From assembly GCA_039588295.1 (NCBI GenBank), contig JBDHAB010000001.1, positions 256,001 to 320,000 on the forward strand: a stretch of DNA of 64,000 nucleotides, read 5' to 3'. This DNA comes from Gemmatimonadota bacterium. GTDB lineage: Bacteria; Gemmatimonadota; Gemmatimonadetes; Gemmatimonadales; GWC2-71-9. Position numbers and translations under genes: made by a program. Shown one piece after another: positions 19,581 through 29,320 of the stretch; position 1 is the first letter of the stretch; every line of letters starts with the position of its first letter. Under the pieces are notes generated by a model. That model saw nothing but the letters and a program-made list of their open reading frames with translations. It did not search any database and was not told the DNA's origin.

Positions 19581-21008
19581 CTATTGCTGGCCGAAGCCCT
19601 TTCGTGTCATCTCGCCCCACGTGTGCACTCCATGGAGTGCGGAGATCAAGCCCCGCTGACGGAAGAACGAAATAACTTGCCGATACCCGAAGTTCTCGAC
19701 CGCGGCCAGCCCGAAGAGCCGGAGGAGATCGGCCAGCGTCGGGTATCGACGAAAGCTAAGCTCTTCAAGGCCCACGGCCGCGATCGAGAGCACCATCCCG
19801 AACACAAAGGCCGCCATGAAGAACCCGGTGACGTAGAGGGTCGATGCGAGTCCCAAGATCACGGTCAGCGCAAACGCAAAGTAGCCAACGATCTCAACGA
19901 CGGTCCCCAGCGTTTCCAAGAAGAAGAAATAGGGGAAGGCCAGGAGCCCAATGCGCCCGTAACGGGGGTTGAGGAGCATCTTACGATGTCGCAGGAGACT
20001 CTCCGCCATGCCGCGTTGCCAGCGGTCGCGTTGTCGTGCGAGCATGCTGAGCCGCTCGGGGACTTCGGTCCATGCAACGGGATCGGGCACAAACCCGATC
20101 TTGTACGGGATCTTTCGTTCGTGACAGTGTCGATGGAGTCGGACGACGAGCTCCATGTCTTCCCCTACGGTCTCGCCCGAAGTGAAACGCGAGGCATAGC
20201 CACCGGCATCGACGACCGTGCTGCGTCGGAACATCCCAAACGCACCAGAGATGATGAGTGTTGCCTCTGCGGCCGCCCAACCCATACGACCGGCCAAGAA
20301 CGAGCGGAGATATTCGAGGACTTGGAACCGCGCAAAGAGATTCTTTGGGAAACCGACACTTGTTACGAGTCCAGCTTTGACGGTACAACCATTGACGATG
20401 CGGATGATGCCTCCGGTGGCGATGGTAGAAGCCTCCTCCATGAATGGCCGCACGATCCGGGTGAGCGCGTCCCGCTCCACCAGGGTATCGGCGTCCATGG
20501 CGCAAAACAACGGCGTCACACAGTGGTTGATGCCGGCATTCAACGCGTCCGCCTTGCCGCCGTTTTCCTTGTCGATCACCCACAGATTTGGATAGCGTCG
20601 GCTCTGAAGGATCTGACGGACGGCAGCGGTCGGAATACTCGCCGTGGGAAGGCGGGCTGCGGGGACCAGCTCGAACTCCTCTGTTAGGCGCTCGAGCGTC
20701 CGGTCTCGCGAACCGTCGTTGACGACGAGGATCTCAAACTGCGGGTACTCGAGCGTCAGCAGCGATCGTGTGGCCTCAGCGCACGTGTCCTCTTCGTTGT
20801 ATGCCGGTGCAAGAAGGCTCACCGGGGGTACGCCCTCGGAGGTCAGCAGTTCTCCGAGGTCGAGTGTCTTCAGGCGTTGCACGTAGCGTCTGATACTCCG
20901 AAACGCGATGAGACTCATCGCGAGATACACCGTGTTCAGCGCGACGAAATAGGTGAGGACGATGAGGTTGAACACCCCCAGTGCCGCCAATACGAAACCC
21001 TCGATCAT
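19581..21008 (-). CDS. Processive GT2 glycosyltransferase (PgaC/IcaA/cellulose-synthase-like)
   Basis: DGSRD, GGKADALNAG, DAD, TVGED, QRDRW (D,D,D,QxxRW signature); N- and C-terminal TM helices. Confidence 0.92.
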   Translation of the reverse strand: MIEGFVLAALGVFNLIVLTYFVALNTVYLAMSLIAFRSIRRYVQRLKTLDLGELLTSEGVPPVSLLAPAYNEEDTCAEATRSLLTLEYPQFEILVVNDGSRDRTLERLTEEFELVPAARLPTASIPTAAVRQILQSRRYPNLWVIDKENGGKADALNAGINHCVTPLFCAMDADTLVERDALTRIVRPFMEEASTIATGGIIRIVNGCTVKAGLVTSVGFPKNLFARFQVLEYLRSFLAGRMGWAAAEATLIISGAFGMFRRSTVVDAGGYASRFTSGETVGEDMELVVRLHRHCHERKIPYKIGFVPDPVAWTEVPERLSMLARQRDRWQRGMAESLLRHRKMLLNPRYGRIGLLAFPYFFFLETLGTVVEIVGYFAFALTVILGLASTLYVTGFFMAAFVFGMVLSIAAVGLEELSFRRYPTLADLLRLFGLAAVENFGYRQVISFFRQRGLISALHGVHTWGEMTRKGFGQQ

Positions 21009-22069
21009 TCCCTCACCTCGGCGAGTACCTGCAGTGCCAACGGGGCGCGCTCGTCCTTTGCCGCACCCAACTCCCGTAGCACGGCAAACTGGCCGGCGTC
21101 TCGCAGCGCACGTGCGGCGTGGAGCGCGACCCAGGGCGATTCGTCACGGTACGCGTCGTGGAGGATCTGCATGTCCTCGGATGTGCCAAGACTGCCGAGT
21201 GCGCTCACCGCGCAGGAACGCACGAAGAAGTTGGGTGACGTCGCCAAGCGCCGAATGATCGGGAGATGCTCCGGGCGGCCTACGCGGAGAAGAAGCCGCA
21301 AGACCGCCGCCACGAACTCCTGGTCTGTCTCGGCCTTTAAGGCTTCGGCCGCGAGGTCGGCCGCAGGTACGTCGTTGAGAAAAGCCAGTGCAGTCGTCGC
21401 AACGGCGCGCAGCTGTGGGGGGTGTGACTCATCGCGCAGCGCACGGCGGAGCGCGGGGGCGGCATCGGGCCCGATCCCGGCCAACATGGAGGAGAGGAAG
21501 TAGGGGCTCCAGTTGGTGAAGCGGTGCAGGCGGGCAATGACGGCGTCCGAGTGTTCGGCATACTGGGTCTTTGCGAGCGAGCGGGCCGCAATCATGGCGA
21601 CGAGGGGAGATGGATCATCGAGCGCCTTGACAACAGCCCCAGCGTGCGTTGGAAGCCCAAGCTCCCCAAGTGTCTGGACCGCTCGGGCCCGCCGCTCAGT
21701 GTCACGCAGGTTCGTGTGCTCGGCGATTGGCTCGAGGTAGGGCAGTGCCAGCTCCTGGAGTCGCTCTCGCTCTTCGCCCCTGAGCAGCCGTGTGTACCGC
21801 AGGAGATAGTTGACGAAGTAGAGCTCTTCGTCCGGAGCCACGCGCGAGGTCAGATCCGAAGCCGGCTGTGACCCGATCAACACCTCCAGGATCACGGGCT
21901 CCCACTTCGCCTCTACCTCGGCCCACTTCGCCTCCTCCCGTGTGTTTCGGATACGCAGGACGACCACCGAGATGGCGAAGAGGATGGCAAAGAGAATGAG
22001 AATGCCGATGCCGATGGCCAGGAAGAGGAGGACGCTCTCGCCAAGATCGAGGTTCAGGAGAGACGGTAT
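21005..22069 (-). CDS. Membrane-anchored HEAT-repeat protein
   Basis: Repeats such as ALDDPSPLVAMIAARSLA, ALRDESHPPQLRAVATTAL, RDESPWVALHAARAL. Frame extends upstream of the track's GTG (21967) through a hydrophobic helix; exact start uncertain. Confidence 0.85.
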   Translation of the reverse strand: MPSLLNLDLGESVLLFLAIGIGILILFAILFAISVVVLRIRNTREEAKWAEVEAKWEPVILEVLIGSQPASDLTSRVAPDEELYFVNYLLRYTRLLRGEERERLQELALPYLEPIAEHTNLRDTERRARAVQTLGELGLPTHAGAVVKALDDPSPLVAMIAARSLAKTQYAEHSDAVIARLHRFTNWSPYFLSSMLAGIGPDAAPALRRALRDESHPPQLRAVATTALAFLNDVPAADLAAEALKAETDQEFVAAVLRLLLRVGRPEHLPIIRRLATSPNFFVRSCAVSALGSLGTSEDMQILHDAYRDESPWVALHAARALRDAGQFAVLRELGAAKDERAPLALQVLAEVRE

Positions 22070-22113
22070 GCGCGCCCCCTGTTCAGTGGTGCGCGGGCAC
22101 GGGCGGCGGCACC

Positions 22114-23667
22114 CTAACCTTGCACGGCTGCCGCCCTGAGCAGTCGATGGACACGGGCGAGTAGCTCGACTGGCGAGAACGGCTTGGTCATGTAGTCGGT
22201 GGCTCCGAGCTTGAACGCGCGAACGATGTCCTCTTCGCGGCCCATACTCGTGAGCATCAAGATCGGCACGCGCGCGTACTCCTCCCTGTCGCGTAGCCGT
22301 TCGAGGAGCTGCAACCCGTCCATCTCAGGCATCTTTACGTCGAAAATGCACATCGCTACCGTCAGATCGTGGGACGCGGCCAAGGCCTCGGCTCCGTTGG
22401 GGTAGTGTATGACCTCGAAGCCCGCTCGGGTGAGCCGATGCTGAACGAGTGCTGCAGAGACCCGGTCGTCTTCTGCGAGGAGAATCTTGGGCAGCGCCGC
22501 CGGCTCCGGCGTCGCCTCGAGGCCGATACCGTCGGGGGTGAATACACGTCCACGCTCTGCCGTGCCAGCCTTGAAGAGCAGTTCGTCGGCTGCGGCGACA
22601 GCGTGTTCGATTGAGTCGCCGGTCCTTACAGGTACCACGCCTGCCGAAACGGTGGGCTCGATGGTCTTCGAAACCCCTTCTACTGACACCGCAGCAGCAA
22701 GCAGCGCTTGAGAGTCGGTGAGGCGCGTTGCCGCAGCCTTGCACTCCGTGTTGGGAAACAGAACGACGTAGCGATCTCCCTGCCAGCGGGCAACCAGGTC
22801 AGTCGCTGCCAGCGACCCTGTGAGACGCACGCCGATCTTGCGAAGAACCGCTTCGGCTGCTCCTTGGCCAGATGTCTCCTGGATCTGCTCGAAGCGATCG
22901 ACCTCCAGCAGCGCGACGGCGAACGGGACGCCGGTGACCTCGGATCTTGCCGCCACATCTGAGAAGACGTCCATGACGGCCGCGCGGTTCAGCAGACCCG
23001 TGAGTTCGTCTCGCGTGCGATCGTGCGCCGCCGTCGCCACGTCGCACAGTGCGGTCAACGCAGCGTGGCAGAGCGCCTCGGCTTCGACGGGCTTCTCCAA
23101 GAACGCGTTCGCGCCGAGAGAAAGACATTCGTTCTCGAGCCACCCCCCTTGGGGACCAGACAGGACCACAATCGGGACGGTTTCTGTTTCGGGGTGCTGT
23201 CGGAGCTCGATAATGAAGTTTCGGCCGTCCGCGTCGGGGAGCACGATATCGAGAACCAGGAGAGAGAACGCTCGCTGCCCGAGCAGCTCACGCACTCGCG
23301 CAGCGCTTCCGGCCACATGAATCGCCCGATCTGGACTGGCCAACATGTGCTGCGCCGATTCGGCGAAGTCGGAGTAGCCACTGACCACCATGATGGAGAG
23401 CTTCTCCGGCACGTGACCCCGAAGTGCGGCCACCAGCCGGGTAACGCGCTTGGCAAGGTCTGCCGGTGACGCACCTTGAACACCTGCCGCGTGCTCCGTG
23501 AGGTCCGCGAATTCCTGCCGCTCGGCATTCGCGCCAATGAGCGCTGCGATCGCGCGTACCGTTGTCTGCGCGGATTCGTCCTGTCGAGCCAGGTCCCGCT
23601 CGAGGCCGGCCAGCACATCAACTTGAGCCGCGAGCCGCTGCCCTCCCCACGCTTCCTGATGGCTCAT
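22114..23667 (-). CDS. Response regulator, degenerate Hpt-REC-degenerate GGDEF-REC
   Basis: LLVLDIVLPD REC; DELTGLLNR...VARWQGDRY GGDEF fold; canonical C-terminal REC (LLAEDD, FDVKMP, TKPF). Start at ATG 23667. Confidence 0.88.
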   Translation of the reverse strand: MSHQEAWGGQRLAAQVDVLAGLERDLARQDESAQTTVRAIAALIGANAERQEFADLTEHAAGVQGASPADLAKRVTRLVAALRGHVPEKLSIMVVSGYSDFAESAQHMLASPDRAIHVAGSAARVRELLGQRAFSLLVLDIVLPDADGRNFIIELRQHPETETVPIVVLSGPQGGWLENECLSLGANAFLEKPVEAEALCHAALTALCDVATAAHDRTRDELTGLLNRAAVMDVFSDVAARSEVTGVPFAVALLEVDRFEQIQETSGQGAAEAVLRKIGVRLTGSLAATDLVARWQGDRYVVLFPNTECKAAATRLTDSQALLAAAVSVEGVSKTIEPTVSAGVVPVRTGDSIEHAVAAADELLFKAGTAERGRVFTPDGIGLEATPEPAALPKILLAEDDRVSAALVQHRLTRAGFEVIHYPNGAEALAASHDLTVAMCIFDVKMPEMDGLQLLERLRDREEYARVPILMLTSMGREEDIVRAFKLGATDYMTKPFSPVELLARVHRLLRAAAVQG

Positions 23668-23836
23668 GTAGCTGCCTGTCAAACGAGTGCGCGTTTGCGT
23701 CGCCTCGGTTGTGCCGAGAGCCGCTCCGAGCGGCATCCGTCGGGGGCAAACTGATACAATAATGCGAAATCGCGTCTGAAACGACAGTCTGCACCGGGCT
23801 CGATGGGTACGAACCCGGACCCCGATGCACCGACGG

Positions 23837-25432
23837 TCAAAACACCCAGGTACCTGACGCGGTGAGTGCGAGGTAGCGGTAGCCCGTCTCACCGGTGGCA
23901 AAGCTCTGCAGGCCGGCGTTGGAATAGAGCGCCGACACACCGACTTCTCGTCCTGGAAAGACCTCGTACGTCGAGCGGGCGAACAAGCGTATCGTCGCGT
24001 GCAGGCTGCCACCGCTGCCGACCTGCTCCAGCCCCGGGGCAACTGCGGCCTCGAACCGCCAGTGGCGGCGCGAGGGCTGCCAACGGAGGATCGCCTCGCC
24101 GTGACCGTAAAAATCGGGATCGAACAGCCCGTCCAGTAGGTTCCCCTCTCGGAATCCGAAGACACGGAGTCTCAGGGCAGTAGCCCAGGGCCGCGCCAGC
24201 CGTCGCGTCACGACGGCAAAGCCGCCGATCCGCCGGTTCGACTCGGTTCCGTTGAATTGAGCGATGGATCCACTCACATCCGCCAGCCAAAGTGGCGAAG
24301 GCTGAGCGCGGAGCGAGAGTGTCCCCAGCGCGTAGGTCACCCCGCTGTCGATCAGCAGCGCTGTCGCGTCGAGAACCGAGCGCTCGAAGGCGACGGCGCC
24401 GACCACGTGGTTCCGCCGCGGGCTCGTGATGCCGAACCGCACCGTTGGCTCCGTTTCCGCCGCCGCGCCGTTGGATCCTGCTGCTCCAACGCCAGCCGAC
24501 ATGCTCCATCCTGGCTCTACGAAGAGCCGGCCGCCCACGAGCGCCCCCCAAGCGCGCCGGCTGGACGTGACTCGCGTGGGCTGAGATGCGGTACGTCCAT
24601 AGGCGTCGATCCCCACCTCGAACCGCAGCATCGGCCGAAACGCCGACCGTACGAGCAGCGTGGCGATGGAGTTGTCGTCTGAGTCGAGCTCAACAATCAA
24701 GGATGGGGCCACCCGTGGGTCGATCGCTGCCGCGACGGCACGGCGCTCGTCGGTGACCTCGCGAGTCCCGCGACGTTCGGGCGGGACGCGTTCCAGCATC
24801 TCGTGCGCCGCGGCTCCTCGGTTCTGCCACCGCAGCACCTGCGACAGGCCGACGAGGGTCACGGGATCCGTAGCGTTGAACTGCAGCGCGCGGTGCCACT
24901 GTGACTCCGCACCGATCAGGTCGCCACCCCATCCGGTGATGCGCGCCATCCCCTGCAAGGCCTGCAGGTCGGCGGAGTCCCGGGCCAGCAACCGCTCGTA
25001 TATCCCGCGAGCCGAGTCGAGGTCGTCGTCCCAGGAGAGCGCCTGCGCGAGCCCCAACAGGACCAGTCGACTCTCGGGGTACTGATCGAGTGCTGCGTCA
25101 TATGCTTGGAATGCGTCTGGAAATCGATTTGCCCACAGTAGGATCTTGGCGCGGTCGAGACGGGCCTCGATGTTCTGCGGTGATGCCCGGAGCAGCCGGT
25201 CGAACAACGCGATGCCCTCGTCGTACTGCTCGTTCCACGCCAGCATGAGTCCCATGCGGTGGAGTGCACGGTCGTCCGACGAGTCGGCAGCGAGGCGCTC
25301 CGCGTAGAGCCGTCGTGCGGTCTCGATCTCCCCACTCCGCCAGGCTGCGTCGGCGGGATCCTGGCCAGCGAGCCCGTCAGCCGTTCCCAGGCTCACGAGG
25401 AGGGTGAGCCCGGCAACGCATGCCGTCCTCAC
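23837..25432 (-). CDS. TPR protein with C-terminal outer-membrane beta-barrel (PgaA/BcsC/YaiO-like architecture)
   Basis: Signal peptide, about 6 TPR-like repeats, then amphipathic beta-strands ending ...TASGTWVF. GTG start overlaps the upstream stop (GTGA). Confidence 0.8.
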   Translation of the reverse strand: MRTACVAGLTLLVSLGTADGLAGQDPADAAWRSGEIETARRLYAERLAADSSDDRALHRMGLMLAWNEQYDEGIALFDRLLRASPQNIEARLDRAKILLWANRFPDAFQAYDAALDQYPESRLVLLGLAQALSWDDDLDSARGIYERLLARDSADLQALQGMARITGWGGDLIGAESQWHRALQFNATDPVTLVGLSQVLRWQNRGAAAHEMLERVPPERRGTREVTDERRAVAAAIDPRVAPSLIVELDSDDNSIATLLVRSAFRPMLRFEVGIDAYGRTASQPTRVTSSRRAWGALVGGRLFVEPGWSMSAGVGAAGSNGAAAETEPTVRFGITSPRRNHVVGAVAFERSVLDATALLIDSGVTYALGTLSLRAQPSPLWLADVSGSIAQFNGTESNRRIGGFAVVTRRLARPWATALRLRVFGFREGNLLDGLFDPDFYGHGEAILRWQPSRRHWRFEAAVAPGLEQVGSGGSLHATIRLFARSTYEVFPGREVGVSALYSNAGLQSFATGETGYRYLALTASGTWVF

Positions 25433-28035
25433 TCGTTCGGTTCTCGCTGGTCGATCACGTCAAACGCGCTCCGGACTGCAGAGAATACCGGTCGGCGGCG
25501 GGCTCGCCATTGGGGCTCGTCCCACGTAGACCAGCTGAACAGCGCGACGTCTCGGGCGGCACCGGACTGCGGCCACAAACGCCACGCGCCACTGGCGGCG
25601 CGGCTTCCGACCAGAATCCGGACCCCGCCCACGGTAACTGTTTCGAACGGTGGCTCCAATAGGAGTGTGGAATCCCGCCCTTCGGGTGTCGACAGGACCT
25701 GGCGGCTCGACGGGTCCGCCACGTTGATCAGCGTCCACGGAATCCGCACCTCGAGGGTGCCGCTAGAAGGATCCAGCTCCCAGAGGCCGTCTGGCGGCGG
25801 GCCCTCGGGCAGCACACCCCGATCGTATCCGATGGCTGCATACACCGTCGTGTCACGCCCGAACCGGCGGCGGTTGGTGATCGCCCACAGGGGCTCAAAG
25901 TACGCCTGTGGGGATGGTGCCGGACGGAGCCATCGGTTGTAGCGCTGGGAGAACTGCCCGCTCAAGATGCTCGCGGGTGCGGCGTCGACCGTCAGGGTGT
26001 GGACCGGTCGGCCAAGCGGCTTGTGCAGCTTGATGCGGAACGGGTTCGCCGAGTGCTCTGCCACCAACCGCACGCCTGCGGCAGATTGTACGAGCGCGAA
26101 CTCGATGCCGATGGGTAGTCGCGGCCCGCCGCCGGGCCAGCGGAACCCGCCGCCGTCCGGGTTCACCACGTCGAGGCCGACGTAGGCAACCTCGGCGCGG
26201 TCCGAGCCGTTCGGCTCGAGCAGCAGCCAGAGGTAGGCTTCGTCGGCCTGCGCGCGCAGTCGGCCTGCGTACAAGTCGGGGATGCGCCGCCAGTCGGCCA
26301 GCCGCTCAGCCAACGTTGTACCGTGAAGCCGCGGCGTCGGCTCCAGGGCGAACACGCCGTAGTGCTGCTCCGCGTTCATCCGGCTGTACCACATCCGGTT
26401 TCGTTCGAGCGGAATCTCGAGATCGATGACGACCCAGGTCTTCTTGAACCACTCGTCGATCCAGGCAAAGAGTATCCCGCCGGCCATTCCGCATTCGGCG
26501 ATGAGTACGGTGAGGGCCGAGTCCACGGTGGCCATGCCCGCCTCCGTATGACCGCCGTGGTGCCAACCCTCCCGGGCCAGGTGTGCCACGCCGATGCTGG
26601 CCGGCACGCCGTACTCCGCGATTACGACCGGCATGTCACGATGATGCTGCTTGAGTCGGCGCAGGTACTCTCCGTAGTCCGAGCCGAACAGCATGATGTC
26701 GGGGTAATACGGGTAGGCGTGGTACGAGGCGAAGAACCCGGCGGTGAACTCCGCCGTCGGTCGGATTCGGTTGGGGTGGATGGCGACGACGTCGTTGTCG
26801 TACTCCTTGGGGACCACGTCGATGGAGTCGCCCAGCGCTTCGCGTATCGCGAGTTCCTCGCGGACCGAGGTCTCGGTGGGGTGTACCAGGGGGTCGAGCG
26901 TCGGCCAACTGGTGTATGCAATCGGCCGCTGTGTGCGATACCGCTCCGTCTCGTATGCGATCATGTGCTCGCAGGCACCCGCCAACCAGCCATCCATGGC
27001 GGTGCCGCCTCGAACGCTGAGATAGCGTCCCTGCCAATCCCCGCCGGTGTGGGTGGTATCGTATTGTTCGACCGCAGCGGGCTCCCACTCGCGCCCAATG
27101 ATGTAGGCCAGCGTCCACCGGGATACGTCCGCGGTGTAGAACCCCGAGGCGTGGCCCGTGCGCGGCCGGATGTCAGCCCGTCCATGAATCAGATCGACGA
27201 CTCGTTTTTCCTCCGCGACGAACTCGGCGCGCCAGGTGGCATCGTCGAAGTTGTGCCCGGGTGGCAGCTCCGCCCACACGCCGTGGATGAGCCACAGGGG
27301 CGTGTCCGGGTGTGCCTGGTTGAAGTCGGAGAGTGCCTGGTAGAAATGCGGCGGGTGAATCGTGTACACCCGGACCGCATTGGTCCCCATCGCCACCATC
27401 TCGGCAACCCACTCCGCGTATACCGTGGAATCGGGGAACTGACTCGGGTGCCGCCCGGGCAGTGCCGCACCCAAGTTCACGCCTTTGATGTAGAACGGTT
27501 TCCAACCGTCGCGCGTCGCGATCTCAAACCGATCGCCGTTGGTGCGGGCCGGAACGAGGAGTGAGTCCGCCAGGACGAGTGGTGGTCGCTCGGGCGGCGC
27601 TCCAATACCGCCAGGCAGGCGCGCGAGGTAGTCGTGTGCCTCCGGCCGGGTGGGATCGAGCGCCTGCACCCGGGTGAATTGCTCGTGGACGGCTTCGAGT
27701 TCCCCTTGACGCCACGCCGCAATACCCAGGCCGACGTGGGCGTCTACCTGAGCAGAGTCCCTCGCGACGGCCGCGTTGAAACGTCGCTCGGCATCGTCCA
27801 GCCGACCTTCGCGCAATGCGACATATCCGAGCCCGACCGTCGCACTGTTGTGGCGGGGACAGAGCGAGAGCGCGGTATTGAAGGTTTCCGCGGCCGTCGG
27901 GATGGAGTCGGCGCGGTAGTGTTCCCATCCCCGGGCGGCGACCGAATCGGCCGACGCGAGGCATGTCGTCCGGACCCGACAACTTGTCGAGGCAATGACA
28001 ACGAGTGCAACAAGGCTCGTCGACAAGAGGCGCAC
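25429..28035 (-). CDS. Exported TPR + clan GH-A-like TIM-barrel glycoside hydrolase
   Basis: GTG 28035 preceded by AAGGAG; signal/lipobox-like N-terminus; TPRs; IKGVN, NAVRVYT, IIGREWEP, YHAYPYYP, VVIAEYG, FAWIDEWFK. Confidence 0.75.
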   Translation of the reverse strand: MRLLSTSLVALVVIASTSCRVRTTCLASADSVAARGWEHYRADSIPTAAETFNTALSLCPRHNSATVGLGYVALREGRLDDAERRFNAAVARDSAQVDAHVGLGIAAWRQGELEAVHEQFTRVQALDPTRPEAHDYLARLPGGIGAPPERPPLVLADSLLVPARTNGDRFEIATRDGWKPFYIKGVNLGAALPGRHPSQFPDSTVYAEWVAEMVAMGTNAVRVYTIHPPHFYQALSDFNQAHPDTPLWLIHGVWAELPPGHNFDDATWRAEFVAEEKRVVDLIHGRADIRPRTGHASGFYTADVSRWTLAYIIGREWEPAAVEQYDTTHTGGDWQGRYLSVRGGTAMDGWLAGACEHMIAYETERYRTQRPIAYTSWPTLDPLVHPTETSVREELAIREALGDSIDVVPKEYDNDVVAIHPNRIRPTAEFTAGFFASYHAYPYYPDIMLFGSDYGEYLRRLKQHHRDMPVVIAEYGVPASIGVAHLAREGWHHGGHTEAGMATVDSALTVLIAECGMAGGILFAWIDEWFKKTWVVIDLEIPLERNRMWYSRMNAEQHYGVFALEPTPRLHGTTLAERLADWRRIPDLYAGRLRAQADEAYLWLLLEPNGSDRAEVAYVGLDVVNPDGGGFRWPGGGPRLPIGIEFALVQSAAGVRLVAEHSANPFRIKLHKPLGRPVHTLTVDAAPASILSGQFSQRYNRWLRPAPSPQAYFEPLWAITNRRRFGRDTTVYAAIGYDRGVLPEGPPPDGLWELDPSSGTLEVRIPWTLINVADPSSRQVLSTPEGRDSTLLLEPPFETVTVGGVRILVGSRAASGAWRLWPQSGAARDVALFSWSTWDEPQWRARRRPVFSAVRSAFDVIDQREPNE

Positions 28036-28264
28036 GAAGTACTCCTTCGTAGCTTGGACTGTGGATGCGCTTGACCTCAGTGCACGACCGAACACGATAT
28101 GAAAATAGCCAGCGCACTCCAAGAGTATGTGATCTAGGTCGCGTCCGGTCGGTGTGAAAGTTCTGTGCTGGTCAGTATGTTTTGTGAGGAGTCTGAATAT
28201 GGGGGCGTTTGACAGACCAGATTCGGAAACAAGCACGGAGCCATGCAGCGTGCGACGAGTGTTG

Positions 28265-29320
28265 ATGCGGGCACTGACGCTAGCGGCTGCGGTGGCGGCC
28301 GCGGGTGTGTCCTGTGCGGTGGGACAGACTAACGTGACCCCCAACGGCGGTCTCACGGCTGTGGCCGGGATCAAGGTCGGTCATGTCACGCTACGCGACC
28401 GCCCCACTGGCTGCACGGTGATCCTGGTCGAGGACGGGGCCGTGGGTGGCGTGGACGTTCGTGGCGGTGCTCCCGGGACTCGGGAGACCGATTTGCTGAA
28501 TCCAGTGAACACGGTCGAGCGCGTGCACGCCGTGGTGCTGTCCGGCGGCAGCGCGTTCGGACTCGATGCGGCCTCTGGTGTGATGCGCTACCTGGAGGAG
28601 CGGGGGGTGGGTTTCGACGCCGGCGTGGCGCGCGTGCCGATCGTCGTGGGGGCAATCCTGTTCGACCTGCGGGTTGGCTCGGATCCGGGTGTTCGCCCGG
28701 ATGCTGAGTGCGGGTATCAGGCGGCCGTGGCTGCGTCGGCCGGTCCCGTCGCCGAGGGCAACGTTGGGGCGGGCACCGGGGCCACGGTCGGCAAGCTTCG
28801 TGGGCCGGCCCGCGCCATGAAGGGTGGGGTGGGAACCGCATCCGTCACACTGCCCGACGGACTCGTCGTGTCTGCGTTGGTGGCGGTGAACGCCCTGGGT
28901 GACATCATCGACCCCGCGACTGGAGCAGTCGTTGCGGGCGTGCGCTCAGAGGATGGGCAGTCTCTTGCCGACGCTCGGACCTTGATCCGGAGGGGCCTAA
29001 GCGCGACGAACCAGTTCGGCCAGAACACATCGATCGGCGTCGTCGCCACCAACGCGGCACTCACGAAGTCGCAGGCGAGCAAGGTGGCGCAGATGGCGCA
29101 CGACGGTCTGGCTCGTGCCGTGTTTCCGTCCCACACGCCCTGGGACGGCGATACGATCTTCAGCCTCGCGACCGGCACGTATGCGGGCGATGCCGACGTG
29201 CTCACGATCGGTGTGCTTGCAGCAGACGTCGTCGCCGAGGCTGTTGTGCGGGCCGCGCGAGCGGCGGCGAGCGTCGAAGGCTATCCCGCAGCCAGGGAGC
29301 TGTCGGATCGAGGTCGATGA
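28265..29320 (+). CDS. Peptidase S58/P1 (DmpA/NylC-like Ntn hydrolase) with signal peptide
   Basis: GIKVGH, RGGAPGTRET, SGGSAFGL, EGNVGAGTG, NTSIGVVATN, HTPWDGDTIF. Start could be GTG 28250. Confidence 0.9.
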   Translation: MRALTLAAAVAAAGVSCAVGQTNVTPNGGLTAVAGIKVGHVTLRDRPTGCTVILVEDGAVGGVDVRGGAPGTRETDLLNPVNTVERVHAVVLSGGSAFGLDAASGVMRYLEERGVGFDAGVARVPIVVGAILFDLRVGSDPGVRPDAECGYQAAVAASAGPVAEGNVGAGTGATVGKLRGPARAMKGGVGTASVTLPDGLVVSALVAVNALGDIIDPATGAVVAGVRSEDGQSLADARTLIRRGLSATNQFGQNTSIGVVATNAALTKSQASKVAQMAHDGLARAVFPSHTPWDGDTIFSLATGTYAGDADVLTIGVLAADVVAEAVVRAARAAASVEGYPAARELSDRGR

